64,000 nucleotides of DNA. Source: Vicinamibacteria bacterium. Lineage in GTDB: Bacteria > Acidobacteriota > Vicinamibacteria > Marinacidobacterales > Marinacidobacteraceae. Shown here one piece after another: positions 9,380-19,036 of this stretch. The translations under genes and the position numbers were made by a program. Under the pieces are notes generated by a model. It ran no database searches. It was not told the origin of the DNA and saw only the letters and a program-made list of their open reading frames with translations. Numbering within the stretch: position 1 is the first letter of the stretch; every line of letters begins with the position of its first letter. The stretch is from contig OZ241322.1 in the NCBI GenBank assembly GCA_965199715.1, positions 1,856,001-1,920,000 on the forward strand. Reading direction: 5' to 3'.

Positions 9380-10870
9380 TCAGGGATTCTCCCGGTCCAC
9401 GATCCAGGCGTCCTTGGACCCGCCGCCCTGGCTGGAGTTCACGACGAGGCTTCCCTTGCGCAGCGCGACCCGGCACAGCCCGCCGGGCACGATCTTCGTG
9501 GAGTCGCCGTCGTGGAGGACGAAGGGCCGCAGGTCCACGTGACGGGACTCGATGTTCGACCCCACGAGGCAGGGCGCCCGGCTCAGCGCGAGCGTCGGCT
9601 GCGCGATGTAGTTCTCCGGGTCCGCCTTGAGCTGCGCGGCGAACTCGGCGCGCTCCTCCATGGTGGCGTGCGGGCCGATGAGCATCCCGTAGCCGCCCGA
9701 CTCGCCGACCATCTTCACGACCAGCTTGTCGAGGTTGTCGAGCGTGTAGGCGAGGCCCTCCGGACGGCGGCAGAGCGTCGTCGGGATGTTGTCGAGGAGC
9801 GGCTCCTCCGACAGGTAGTAGCGGATGATGTCGGGGACGAAGGCGTACACGCCCTTGTCGTCGGCGACCCCGTTGCCGGGAGCGTTGGCGATGGCGACCT
9901 TCCCGGCCCGGTACACGTGGAACAGCCCCGGGACCCCGAGGAGCGAGTCGGGCCGGAACGTGAGCGGATCCACGAAGTCGTCGTCGAGGCGACGGTAGAT
10001 CACGTCCACGCCCTTCAGCCCGTTCGTGGTGCGCATGTACACCCGGTCCTGGTGGACGAGGAGGTCCGGTCCTTCGACCAGCTCGATCCCCATCTGGCGG
10101 GCGAGGAAGGCGTGCTCGTAGTAGGCCGAGTTGTAGACCCCCGGCGTCAGCAGGACGATCGTCGGATCGCTGGCGCCCGGAGGAGCGAGCGAACGCAGCA
10201 CGCCGAGCAGCAACGCGCTGTACTGCTCCACCTCGCGCACCCGGTAGCTGCGGAAGAGCCTCGGCAGGCTCCGCTTGATCGCGTCCCGGCAGGCGAGCAT
10301 GTAGCTCACTCCGGACGGGACCCGGAGGTTGTCCTCGAGCACCCCGAACCCGTCGTGGGTGCGGACGAGGTCGGTGCCGCAGATCGAGACGTACGCCTGC
10401 TTCGGAACCTTCACGCCCCGCATCGGCAGCAGGTAGTGCTTGCTGCCGTACACCATGTCGGCCGGAACGACCCCGTCCCTGACGATCATCCCCCGGTGGT
10501 AGATGTCGTGGAGGAACAGGTTCATCGCCTTGATGCGCTGCTCGAGCCCGCGCACGACCCGGTCCCAGTCGTCGCCCCGGATGATGCGCGGGAGGCAGTC
10601 GATCGGGAACACCCGTTCGATCGTCTGGTCGTCCCCGTATACGGTGAACGTGATGCCCTCGTGGAGGAAGCTGCGCGTCACCCGCTCCTGGATCTGGAGG
10701 AGCTCCTCCGGCGGGGTCTTCGAGAGCGTGTCGTGGAGCGCCCGGTAGTGCTCCCTCGGGACGTTCGCCTTCTCGAACATCTCGTCGTAGTGCACGTCGT
10801 CCCACGCGTACTGCCGGAACCCCGGAGCCGGGCGCGCCCCTGACGCGGACATCGGGTTCCTCTCCGTCAA
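9380..10870 (-). CDS. Circularly permuted type 2 ATP-grasp protein
   Basis: [78 protein letters not shown]. Start may be the ATG at 10852. Confidence 0.93.
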   Translation of the reverse strand: MTERNPMSASGARPAPGFRQYAWDDVHYDEMFEKANVPREHYRALHDTLSKTPPEELLQIQERVTRSFLHEGITFTVYGDDQTIERVFPIDCLPRIIRGDDWDRVVRGLEQRIKAMNLFLHDIYHRGMIVRDGVVPADMVYGSKHYLLPMRGVKVPKQAYVSICGTDLVRTHDGFGVLEDNLRVPSGVSYMLACRDAIKRSLPRLFRSYRVREVEQYSALLLGVLRSLAPPGASDPTIVLLTPGVYNSAYYEHAFLARQMGIELVEGPDLLVHQDRVYMRTTNGLKGVDVIYRRLDDDFVDPLTFRPDSLLGVPGLFHVYRAGKVAIANAPGNGVADDKGVYAFVPDIIRYYLSEEPLLDNIPTTLCRRPEGLAYTLDNLDKLVVKMVGESGGYGMLIGPHATMEERAEFAAQLKADPENYIAQPTLALSRAPCLVGSNIESRHVDLRPFVLHDGDSTKIVPGGLCRVALRKGSLVVNSSQGGGSKDAWIVDRENP

Positions 10871-10877
10871 CCGGGGG

Positions 10878-12173
10878 TCAGGCGGATCGCGGAAGCCCGT
10901 TGCGCGCCACGTGCTCGAAGACCTCGCAGAAGTAGTCGAGCTCCGCCATCGTCGTGTACAGGTTGGGTGTGATCCGCAGCCCCTGGAACTCCTCGTGGTC
11001 GATCGCCACCACGATGATGTGGTGCTTCTCCCAGAGGTAGTCCCGCAGCCTGGCGGCCTCGACCGTCTTCAGGTTGATGTTGCCGATCGCGCAGCTCATC
11101 GCCGGGTCGCGCGACGTGTGGAGCTCGGTGTCGGGGATCGCCGAGAGGCGGTCCGCCCACGTGTCCTTGAGGTAGCGCAGCCGCGCTTCCTTGTTCGCCC
11201 CGCCGATCGTGTTGTGGAAGGTGATGGCCTCGCCGCAGGCGACGAAGTTCGCCGCCGGGTGGGTGCCGATCTCCTCGAACTTGCGGATGTCGGCGTCCAT
11301 GCGCTCGGGGGCCGGCATGAGCGGCCAGATCGACGGAATCTTGTCCTTCTTGACGTAGAGCATCCCGGTGCCCTTCGGCGCGAGGAGCCACTTGTGGAGG
11401 CTGGTTCCGAAGTAGTCGCAGCCGATGTCGGGCTGGGTGAACTCGAACTGGGCGAAGGAGTGGGCCCCGTCCACCATGACCTCGACGCCGTGTTCCCGGG
11501 CCATGTCGCACACGCCCTTCACCGGCAGGATCTGCCCGGTCAGGTTGATCTGGTGCGACATGAGGATCAGCCGGGTCTTGTCGTTGATCGCGTTTCGGAA
11601 GCCCTCGACGACCTCCTCGTCGCTCTCCGCCGGCACCGGGATCTGGATGTACTCGATCTCGATCCCCTCCCGGCGCGCCCGCTGGTTCAGCGTGGTGAGC
11701 ATCCGCCCGTAGTCCTGGGTGGTGGTGAGCACCTGGTCGCCGGACTTGAGGTCCATCCCCAGCAGGAGGATCTCCATCGCCTCGGAGGTGTTGCGCACCA
11801 GCGCGATCTCTTCCGGATCGCACCCGAACAGCCCGGCCAGCCGCTGGCGGACGTGCTCCTTGCGCGGCTCGAGAAGCTGCCACATCGTGTACACCGGCGC
11901 CTCTTCCTGCTGCCACGTGTACCGGACGAACGCGTCGGTGACGGTACGGGGGGACGGACAGACCCCGCCGTTGTTCAGGTTCAGGATCGAGCGGGAGACC
12001 GTGAACGCCTGCTGGATCTCCGCCCAGTAGCTCTCGTCCCGCGCCACTTCCGTCGCCGGCCGCCCCGCCGTCTGCGCGGTCGCGCCCTCGACCCGGCGGA
12101 TCGTCTCCGGGCCGAACATGGTCGCGACCAGAGCGGCGCCGCCGGCTTCGCCGAGGAAATTTCTGCGCCGCAT
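10878..12173 (-). CDS. Tat-exported class V PLP enzyme (isopenicillin-N epimerase / cysteine desulfurase-like)
   Basis: Twin-Arg [24 protein letters not shown] lysine in [14 protein letters not shown]. Confidence 0.87.
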   Translation of the reverse strand: MRRRNFLGEAGGAALVATMFGPETIRRVEGATAQTAGRPATEVARDESYWAEIQQAFTVSRSILNLNNGGVCPSPRTVTDAFVRYTWQQEEAPVYTMWQLLEPRKEHVRQRLAGLFGCDPEEIALVRNTSEAMEILLLGMDLKSGDQVLTTTQDYGRMLTTLNQRARREGIEIEYIQIPVPAESDEEVVEGFRNAINDKTRLILMSHQINLTGQILPVKGVCDMAREHGVEVMVDGAHSFAQFEFTQPDIGCDYFGTSLHKWLLAPKGTGMLYVKKDKIPSIWPLMPAPERMDADIRKFEEIGTHPAANFVACGEAITFHNTIGGANKEARLRYLKDTWADRLSAIPDTELHTSRDPAMSCAIGNINLKTVEAARLRDYLWEKHHIIVVAIDHEEFQGLRITPNLYTTMAELDYFCEVFEHVARNGLPRSA

Positions 12174-12292
12174 GGGGTTGCCTCCGGTGGGGGCGATCCG
12201 ACCCTTCGGACCGCCAGCAACCCGAAAATGTACCAGAGGATCGGAGGCCCGAAAGCTCCCTTCCGACCGGCGCGCCCACTACCATCCCACTC

Positions 12293-13831
12293 ATGCGCGA
12301 CCTGCTCGCGGGCCTCTCCGGGAGGATTCCGCCCGTCTTCGACTCGACCGTCGGCCACCTGATTCTGGCGCTCGGCGTGCTCGTCGCCGTCGGCAGCCTC
12401 GCGCTCGTGACCGTCGTGCTGATCCGGCGACTGCTCCAGAGCCTCGGGATCCACGACCGCATCGCGGAGCAGGTCCGGAACATGGTACGCGTGGTGCTCG
12501 GCGAGGAGCGCGCCTCGCGGGTGGACGTGGACGTCCTCGCGGGGCGGATCCTGTTCGCGGGCCTCCTGATCCTCGTCGTCGCCGTGTTCGCCTCGTTCGT
12601 GGACTTCGGCCGGCTCGGCGGCCCCGGCGGCGCGCTGCTGGACCGGGTCATGGGCCTCTTCTGGCAGCTCGGCCAGGCGCTGGTCCTGCTGCTGTTCTCG
12701 TGGATCCTCGCCGGCCTCCTCCGGCGTGCGGCGCGCGGCGTGCTGGAGCTCGCGGGCATGGGCCGGGCCGCCGACGATCCCGCCCCGAGGCGCATGGCGT
12801 GGGCGCTCCCGGAAGTCGTCTATTGGACCGTGCTGCTGCTGTTCCTGCCCCCGGTCCTCGCGGTCCTCGAGCTGGACGGGGTGCTCACGCCGATCGAGAC
12901 GACGGCGAACCAGGTGCTGCTGTTCCTGCCGAACCTGTTCGGCGCGGTCCTGATCTTCGTGGTCGGATGGCTCCTCGCCCGCCTCGTGAAGGCCATGGTG
13001 ACGAACTTGCTCGTCGCCATCGGGCTCGACCGGATCGCCGCCCGCTTCCGGATCCGGTGGGCGATCGGGACCCGGACTCCCTCCTCGCTCATCGGCTCGG
13101 TCGCCTACGTGCTGGTGCTCTTCCCGGTCATCCTGACCGGCCTCGAGCGCATCAGCCTCGAGGAGATCACCGGCCCGGTGTCGGAGATGCTGGGCCGGCT
13201 GGTCGCGATGACTCCGGTGATCCTCGTCGCCGCCGCCCTGCTCGCGACCGCGTACGTCGTCGGGCGCATCGTGGCCGACCTGATCCGCGACGTGCTCCAC
13301 GAGGCCGGGTTCGACCAGTTGCTCGGACGGCTCGGGCTGACCCCGGTCATGCCCCCGGGCGAGGACTTCGTGGCCTCCAACGTCGTGCGGATCCTGATCG
13401 TGGCGACGATCGTGCTGTTCGCCGCGATCGAGGCGGCGAGCCTGCTCGCGTTCGAGAACGTGGCGCTCCTGCTCACCCGGCTGCTCCAGTTCGCCGGCCA
13501 GTTCGTGCTCGGCGTGGTGTTCGTCGGTTTCGGGATCTTCCTCGCCCACGTTTCGGTCAAGGCCATCCGGGCGAGCTCGATGCCCCAGCGGGAGCTGTTC
13601 GCGGGGGCGGCGCGGGTCGGCATCCTGATCTTCGCGACGGCCATCGGGTTGCACCAGATGGGGCTCGCCGGCGAGATCATCGAGATCGCGTTCGGGATCG
13701 TGCTCGGGTCGGTGGCGGTGGCGTTCGCGATCGCCTTCGGGCTGGGGGGCCGCGACGCGGCCGCCCGGCAGATCGAACAGTGGCGGGAGGACGCCTCGGA
13801 CCGCCGGAAGGGAGATGGGGGAAGCCCATGA
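12293..13831 (+). CDS. Multi-TM membrane protein, CmpX / MscS-associated TM_helix repeat type
   Basis: Many TM helices, FLPNLFGAVLIFVVGWLLA, C-terminal AIAFGLGGRDAA. Confidence 0.78.
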   Translation: MRDLLAGLSGRIPPVFDSTVGHLILALGVLVAVGSLALVTVVLIRRLLQSLGIHDRIAEQVRNMVRVVLGEERASRVDVDVLAGRILFAGLLILVVAVFASFVDFGRLGGPGGALLDRVMGLFWQLGQALVLLLFSWILAGLLRRAARGVLELAGMGRAADDPAPRRMAWALPEVVYWTVLLLFLPPVLAVLELDGVLTPIETTANQVLLFLPNLFGAVLIFVVGWLLARLVKAMVTNLLVAIGLDRIAARFRIRWAIGTRTPSSLIGSVAYVLVLFPVILTGLERISLEEITGPVSEMLGRLVAMTPVILVAAALLATAYVVGRIVADLIRDVLHEAGFDQLLGRLGLTPVMPPGEDFVASNVVRILIVATIVLFAAIEAASLLAFENVALLLTRLLQFAGQFVLGVVFVGFGIFLAHVSVKAIRASSMPQRELFAGAARVGILIFATAIGLHQMGLAGEIIEIAFGIVLGSVAVAFAIAFGLGGRDAAARQIEQWREDASDRRKGDGGSP

Positions 13832-15858
13832 CGGCGGGCTTTCGCTGGCGCGACCGCGAGATTCGCCGCGTCGCGGTGATCGGATCCGGGCAGATCGGCC
13901 CGGACATCGCGCTTCATTTCGTGAAGGCGCTCTCGCCCCACGGCGCGCGGACCCTCGTGCTCGACGTCGCGCCGGAAGCGCTTCGGGCCGGACGGGCGCG
14001 GATGGAGAAGAAGATCGCGAAGGGGGTCCGGACCGGCGCCTTCCGGGAGGCCCAAGCCGCGCGGATGATCGAGTCGGCTTCGTTCACCGACGACTACGAC
14101 CGGCTGGATGGGGCGGACCTGGTCGTCGAGGCCGCGTCCGAGAACCTCGAGATCAAGCGCCGCATCTTCGCCGAGGCCGAGCGGCGGGTCGGCCCGGAGT
14201 CGATCCTGCTCTCGAATTCCTCCCACATCCCGCCGTCGCTCATCTTCGACGGCCTCGAGCGCCCCGAGCGGGCGACGGTGGCGCACTACTTCTTTCCCGC
14301 CGAGCGGAACCCGATGGTGGAGATCGCCGAGGCCGGCGCGGAGCCGCTCGTCGCCTGGCTCATGGGGTTCTACGAGGAAATCGGCAAGGCGCCGGTGCGC
14401 GTCCGCGATCGCTTCGGCCACGCGCTGAACCCCGTCTTCGAGGGGTTGTTCCTCGCGGCTGCGCTCGTCGTCGAGGAGGGCCTCGGAACCACGCGGGAAG
14501 TGGACGCCATGGCCGTGCGGGCGCTTCGCCTCGGGGTCGGGCCCTTCACGGTGATGAACCTCACCGGCGGCAACCCGATCGCCCACGAGGGGTTCCCCGA
14601 GCTGGGACGCCGGCTGCACCCGTGGTTCCGGTCGCCGAAGCTGCTGGACGAAGCGATGGAGGACGGGCGAGCCTGGGACGTTCCCGGCCGGGGCGAGGAA
14701 GTCGCGGTTCCCGAGGACCGCGCGCGGGAGATCGAGGAGCGCATGGTCGCTGCGTACCTCGGCCTCGCGGCGTGGACGGTCGAGGATCGGGCGATCTCGC
14801 TCGCGGACCTCGATCTCGGATGCAAGCTGGCGCTGTCGGCCGCGAACCCCTTCGGGATGATGAACCGGATCGGCGTCCGCCGCGCCGGGGCGCTCGTCGC
14901 CCGCTACCGCGAGATCGAGCCCGACTTCCCCGATCCGGCGATGCTCCGGACCCCGTCGGCCGGTCGGATCGCGGTTCCCCGCATCCTCGAGCGGAACGCG
15001 CCGGTCGAAGGCGGCGCAGTCCGCGTGCTGACCATCCGCCGGCCCGACGTCCTGAACGCGCTCGACGAGGAGCTGCTCGGCGAACTGGACGGGCGGCTCC
15101 ATGACGCCGCCGCTGAAAGCGGCGTCGTCGGCGTCGCGCTCACCGGCTTCGGCCCGAAGGCGTTCGCCGCCGGCGCCGACATCCGGATGCTGGCGCGGAT
15201 CGCGTCGGTCGCCGAGGGCGAGGCCATGTCGCTGCGGCTCCACCGGGTGCTGGAGCGCATCGAGGCGCTCGGCAAGCCGATCGTGGCGGCGGTGAACGGC
15301 GTCGCGTTCGGCGGCGGGATCGAACTCGCCATGGCGTGCGCCGCCCGGATCGCCCGCGCCGGCGCGCGGCGGCTGGTGAGCCAGCCCGAACCCAACCTCG
15401 GCGTGATCCCCGGCGCCGGCGGAACGCAGCGCCTGCCGCGCCTCATCGGCGTCGAGGCGGCGTGGCCGATGCTGCGCGCGGCGACGACGATCGATTCCGA
15501 CGAAGCGCTCGCGCTCGGCCTCGTGAGCGAACTCGCGTCAGGCGACGAGCTCGTCCCCCGCGCCGTCGAACTCGCGGCGGACATCGCCGCCGGCCGCCGC
15601 CCCGCGCCCGAGATGCCGCAAGGCCCGATCCCCGTGCCGACCGACCTGCCCGAGGTCGATATCGGGCACCGGTCGAAGGCGGTGGACGCGATCATGCAGC
15701 GCGCCGTGCTCGAGGGAGCGGCGCTCCCGCTGCCGGACGCGCTGCGCTTCGAGGCGCGGCTCTTCGGCGAGTGCTGCGGCCTCGAGGACATGCGCATCGG
15801 CATGGCGAACTTCCTCGAGAACGGGCCCCGGACCCCGGCGAAGTTCGTCCACCGTTAG
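13828..15858 (+). CDS. Bifunctional 3-hydroxyacyl-CoA dehydrogenase / enoyl-CoA hydratase (dehydrogenase first)
   Basis: VIGSGQIG, VVEAASENLEIK, SNSS, HYFFP; later LNAL, FAAGADI, AFGGGIELA, QPE..LGVIPGAGGTQRLPRLIG. ATG overlaps the upstream stop. Confidence 0.88.
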   Translation: MTAGFRWRDREIRRVAVIGSGQIGPDIALHFVKALSPHGARTLVLDVAPEALRAGRARMEKKIAKGVRTGAFREAQAARMIESASFTDDYDRLDGADLVVEAASENLEIKRRIFAEAERRVGPESILLSNSSHIPPSLIFDGLERPERATVAHYFFPAERNPMVEIAEAGAEPLVAWLMGFYEEIGKAPVRVRDRFGHALNPVFEGLFLAAALVVEEGLGTTREVDAMAVRALRLGVGPFTVMNLTGGNPIAHEGFPELGRRLHPWFRSPKLLDEAMEDGRAWDVPGRGEEVAVPEDRAREIEERMVAAYLGLAAWTVEDRAISLADLDLGCKLALSAANPFGMMNRIGVRRAGALVARYREIEPDFPDPAMLRTPSAGRIAVPRILERNAPVEGGAVRVLTIRRPDVLNALDEELLGELDGRLHDAAAESGVVGVALTGFGPKAFAAGADIRMLARIASVAEGEAMSLRLHRVLERIEALGKPIVAAVNGVAFGGGIELAMACAARIARAGARRLVSQPEPNLGVIPGAGGTQRLPRLIGVEAAWPMLRAATTIDSDEALALGLVSELASGDELVPRAVELAADIAAGRRPAPEMPQGPIPVPTDLPEVDIGHRSKAVDAIMQRAVLEGAALPLPDALRFEARLFGECCGLEDMRIGMANFLENGPRTPAKFVHR

Positions 15859-15868
15859 TCCGGGCGGT

Positions 15869-16262
15869 TCAGGAGCGCCGCGGAAGCTCCCCCGAATACC
15901 CGGCCTCCTGGAGCTTCTCCAGTATCTGGATCGCTCGGACGGACTGCTTCTCAGACGGAATGGTCGTCGGCGCTCGGCTGGCGTACCCGATGATTCCGCT
16001 CTCCGTTTCGGACAGAACTTTCTTGGAAATACCCCACTTCAGGGCCCCCTTCCAGAAATCCGCGCCAGCATTCACCACGGCCGTCTGCGCCTCAATTCCG
16101 TTCAGCACCCGTTGCTCGCGGCGGCCCGCTCGAATCGCGTCACGGCGCTCGCCGACGGAAAGGAGGTCTCCGATCACGGAGCGGGGCCAGTCGATTCTCA
16201 GATCCCGAACGCGATCCCAGCAACCCTGCTTCTTCGCCCATTCGGTCACGTTGCTGATTCCT
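15869..16262 (-). pseudogene. C-terminal fragment of an AIPR-family protein
   Basis: GISNVTEWAKKQGCW...GIEAQ..V....FW...IPSEKQ resembles C-termini I associate with AIPR proteins. No N-terminal part, and codon usage is atypical. Confidence 0.65.
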
Positions 16263-16540
16263 GCGCTTCGGCGCCGTTTGCCTTGTCCACGGCTGCTTCT
16301 GGCATCGCCACCAAGGGTGCCGGTACGCGACCAGTCCTTCGACTCGCGCGGAGTTCTGGCGAGCGAAGTTCGATGCGAACGTCCGGCGGGACCGCCGAGT
16401 GGTCGAGGAATTGCTCCGCGGCCGCTGGCGCGTGGCGATCGTGTGGGAGTGCGCCGTGCGCTCGTCCCGGCTGCCGGACACGGCGGTCGCGCTGCACCGT
16501 TGGCTCCGGGGGAAGGAACGGCGTTTCGAGACTGCTCCCG
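16258..16540 (+). pseudogene. vsr: 5'-truncated Vsr very-short-patch repair endonuclease
   Basis: Manual translation: FGAVCLVHGCFWHRHQGCRYATSPSTRAEFWRAKFDANVRRDRRVVEELLRGRWRVAIVWEC. In-frame TGA at 16255-16257, and the N-terminal part is missing. Confidence 0.85.
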
Positions 16541-16714
16541 AAGGCGCCTCCGGCTTCGGAGCAGCGCGACGTCTGGAGGTCGGTTGCGTGGCCGATGCGG
16601 AAGACGCGCAGGGCCGACCGGCCCCTTCGCCGAGGAAGCGCACGGAACACGGCAAGGATACGCCCACCGCGAGAGTCTCCTCTCTCGGTACCGGGCCCCG
16701 TGAGCGGTCGCCGC

Positions 16715-17779
16715 TCACAACTCAACCTCGAACCCAACGTCGTGCGCGGCGAACAGCGGATTCAGGTCGTCCACGGTCCGGTCCAGAAGGCGCGCCGCCC
16801 TCCGGGCTGAAATCTGGCCCTGGTCGATCGCGCGGCCGAGAACTTCCATGAAGGGCCGTGAGAACGCAGGGGGTTCGGCGTCCCGGCGAACCGCTCGGCC
16901 GGCCTTGTCCTCGGAGTCCGCCACCTGCTCCGGGACGGCCTCCGGTTTCAGCATCCCCAACCCGACCAGCCGCGATCCGACGGCGGAGCGCGGGACGCGC
17001 AGCGGAGCCGCGACAGCAGCGATGCGAGCGGCGACGGCGCCTCGCTCGAGCGAGGACCATTCCTCCGGTCGCCCGAGGCTCGAGGCCGGGATCAGGACGG
17101 CGGCGGCGAAGGCGTCGGCGAGTCGGCGCGACCGGCGCGGCGGCACGGCCTCCCAGGCAAGGAGACAAAACAGCTCGCGCGCCAGGCCGAGGTTGCGTTC
17201 TTCCTCCACGTTCCGGCGGGCGATCAGGACCGTGTCCAGGTCCGGAGTTCGACAAGCGGCGCTCGAGACTCCTTCGGGAAGATCCACGAGGAGCACGAGG
17301 ATCCCGATGTCTCGCTCCATCGTTCCGATCAGTCTCTCCGCGGGCGCGTCGCCGAGGCCGAAGGACGCGGCGAAGCGCTCCCCTGCGTCGGGGGCGACCT
17401 CCGGGCGCGCGCCGCGGTGGAGACGAAGCGAGTTTCGCATCAGGGGCAGGGGTCGTCCGACCCGTGGCGACAACTCACGAAACGCGGCGATCCAACGCTC
17501 GGCGCGGTGCTCGAAGGCGGAGCGCTCGCCCGCCGGGCCGGCGTCCCGACGCCACGAGGCGTCGCCGAGATGGAAGCGATCGGTGAAGTCGCCGGGCGGC
17601 ACGTCCAGGGTCTCGGCGGCGACGAGGAGTTCATCGGCGGAGACCTTGCGCAGTCCGTTCTCGATCGCGGAGACGGTCTGCCGGTCCTTGAAGCCTAGGA
17701 ATTTGGCGACGTCCGCCTGAGAGAGTCCGCGCTCCCTGCGGAGCGCCCGGATGCGCAAGCCGATCACGCTGATTGTCAT
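16715..17779 (-). CDS. XRE HTH fused to a degenerate ImmA/IrrE (DUF955) peptidase-like domain
   Basis: IGLRIRALRRERGLSQADVAKFLGFKDRQTVSAIENG, ERDIGILVL, VSSAAC, ADAFAAAVLIP, GQISARRAA. The HExxH site reads RELFC. Confidence 0.8.
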   Translation of the reverse strand: MTISVIGLRIRALRRERGLSQADVAKFLGFKDRQTVSAIENGLRKVSADELLVAAETLDVPPGDFTDRFHLGDASWRRDAGPAGERSAFEHRAERWIAAFRELSPRVGRPLPLMRNSLRLHRGARPEVAPDAGERFAASFGLGDAPAERLIGTMERDIGILVLLVDLPEGVSSAACRTPDLDTVLIARRNVEEERNLGLARELFCLLAWEAVPPRRSRRLADAFAAAVLIPASSLGRPEEWSSLERGAVAARIAAVAAPLRVPRSAVGSRLVGLGMLKPEAVPEQVADSEDKAGRAVRRDAEPPAFSRPFMEVLGRAIDQGQISARRAARLLDRTVDDLNPLFAAHDVGFEVEL

Positions 17780-17800
17780 GGTTGTATTGCGAACGAGAGA

Positions 17801-17819
17801 ATGCAAGAACGCATTGCAT
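17801..17819. promoter_or_regulatory. Putative operator of the XRE regulator
   Basis: Inverted repeat ATGCAA-N7-TTGCAT, 21 nt upstream of the XRE ATG in an AT-rich gap. Confidence 0.5.
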
Positions 17820-17822
17820 ATC

Positions 17823-18992
17823 TTATGACGCGACGCCGAGAAGCACTCGCGCCAGCTCCCAGAGGCTGATGACCTCCACCCCCTCCGCGACCCGGTAACG
17901 GTCGTCGCCCGGATAGACCACGAAGGAGCGGGCCGGACGAAGATCCTCCCGGGCATGATGAAACCCGCGATCGAGAGCGGGCGCGAGGCTGCGCTTGACC
18001 TCGACGGCCCAGAGCTCGCCGCCGCCCATCTCCAGCACCAGGTCGATCTCGGCGCCGGCCGCGGTGCGGTAGAACCACCCTTGCGTCCGGTCGGGCGCCG
18101 CCGCGAGCAGGTTCTCCACCACGAATCCCTCCCAGCTCGGGCCGGCGACGGGATGGCCCAGCACCGCTTTCCGGTCGTCGAGGCGGAGAAGCGAATGGAC
18201 GAGCCCGCTGTCGCGCACGAAGACCTTCGGCGCCTTCACGAGGCGCTTGCCGACGTTCGCGCGCCACGGCGGCAGCCGGCGCACGAGCAGCAGATCGACG
18301 AGCAGGTCCACGTATCGGGAGACCGTCCGCACGTTGACGCCGAGGCTATGGGCGAGCCGGGCGGCGTTCAGGGGGGCGCCCTGGCTGTGCGCGAGCATCG
18401 TCCAGAAGCGGCGGAGCGTCTCGGCGGGAAGGCGCGGCCCGAACTGCGGGACGTCGCGCTCGAGATACGTGCGGATGAAGTTCTCGCGCCACTGGACGCT
18501 CGCCCCGTCGCCGTCCGCGAGCAGGCTGTCGGGGAAGCCGCCGCGAATCCAGAGCATCCGCCGCGCGCCGCTGGCGACCTCGAAGTCGCGGAGCGGCCCC
18601 AGCTCCACGTTGGCGACCCGGCCGGCGAGGGACTCGCCGGACTGGCGGAACCGGTCGAGCGAGGCGGATCCGATGAGGAAGAACCGCCCGGCGCGCAGGC
18701 CGCGGCTGCGTCCCTCGTCCATGACGCCCCGAAGCGTCGGAAACAGCCTCGGCATCCTCTGGATCTCGTCCAGAATCAACAGCTTGTCTTCGTGGTCGCG
18801 GAGGAAGAGCTCGGGGTCGGCCAACTGAGCGCGCTCGGCGGGCCGCTCGAGGTCGAGGCGCACGCTCGGTCGCGTCGCCGCGATTTTCGCGGCCAGCGCG
18901 GTCTTTCCGACCTGACGCGGCCCGAGCAGGACGACCGCCGGGAACTGCTCCAGCCGTTTGAGGACGGAGGGGAGTAGGTGGCGCGGAATCAT
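17823..18992 (-). CDS. AAA_14 + DUF4143 ATP-binding protein (COG1373)
   Basis: GPRQVGKT, LILDEIQ, LIGS, ESLAGR, RGGFP, TYLERD, KRLVKAPK..RDSGL, EIDLV..AVEVK. Confidence 0.92.
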   Translation of the reverse strand: MIPRHLLPSVLKRLEQFPAVVLLGPRQVGKTALAAKIAATRPSVRLDLERPAERAQLADPELFLRDHEDKLLILDEIQRMPRLFPTLRGVMDEGRSRGLRAGRFFLIGSASLDRFRQSGESLAGRVANVELGPLRDFEVASGARRMLWIRGGFPDSLLADGDGASVQWRENFIRTYLERDVPQFGPRLPAETLRRFWTMLAHSQGAPLNAARLAHSLGVNVRTVSRYVDLLVDLLLVRRLPPWRANVGKRLVKAPKVFVRDSGLVHSLLRLDDRKAVLGHPVAGPSWEGFVVENLLAAAPDRTQGWFYRTAAGAEIDLVLEMGGGELWAVEVKRSLAPALDRGFHHAREDLRPARSFVVYPGDDRYRVAEGVEVISLWELARVLLGVAS

Positions 18993-19034
18993 CCTTGTAA
19001 ATCATGCATCACGATGCATGATTTACAAGGATGA
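18989..19034. repeat. Perfect 22-bp inverted repeat over the COG1373 start codon
   Basis: TCATCCTTGTAAATCATGCATC-AC-GATGCATGATTTACAAGGATGA. Confidence 0.95.
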
Positions 19035-19036
19035 CG

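Noticed and set aside
12174-12292. Possible structured RNA in the divergent intergenic region (GGGTTGC...GCAACCC, TCCGA/TCGGA)
   Set aside because: Short stems are expected by chance at this GC level, and I recognise no riboswitch or ncRNA consensus.
12118-15858. Apparent giant fusions (1246 aa here; also 2275..5604, 44210..47212, 57228..60335)
   Set aside because: Only the C-terminal parts are real. The upstream extensions are alternative frames of neighbouring genes.
16545-16718. Possible toxin (PIN or RelE-like) remnant downstream of the XRE gene, and hairpin GTGAGCGG-TCG-CCGCTCAC
   Set aside because: Only a few residues of resemblance in any frame, which is not enough to call. The hairpin lacks a U tract.
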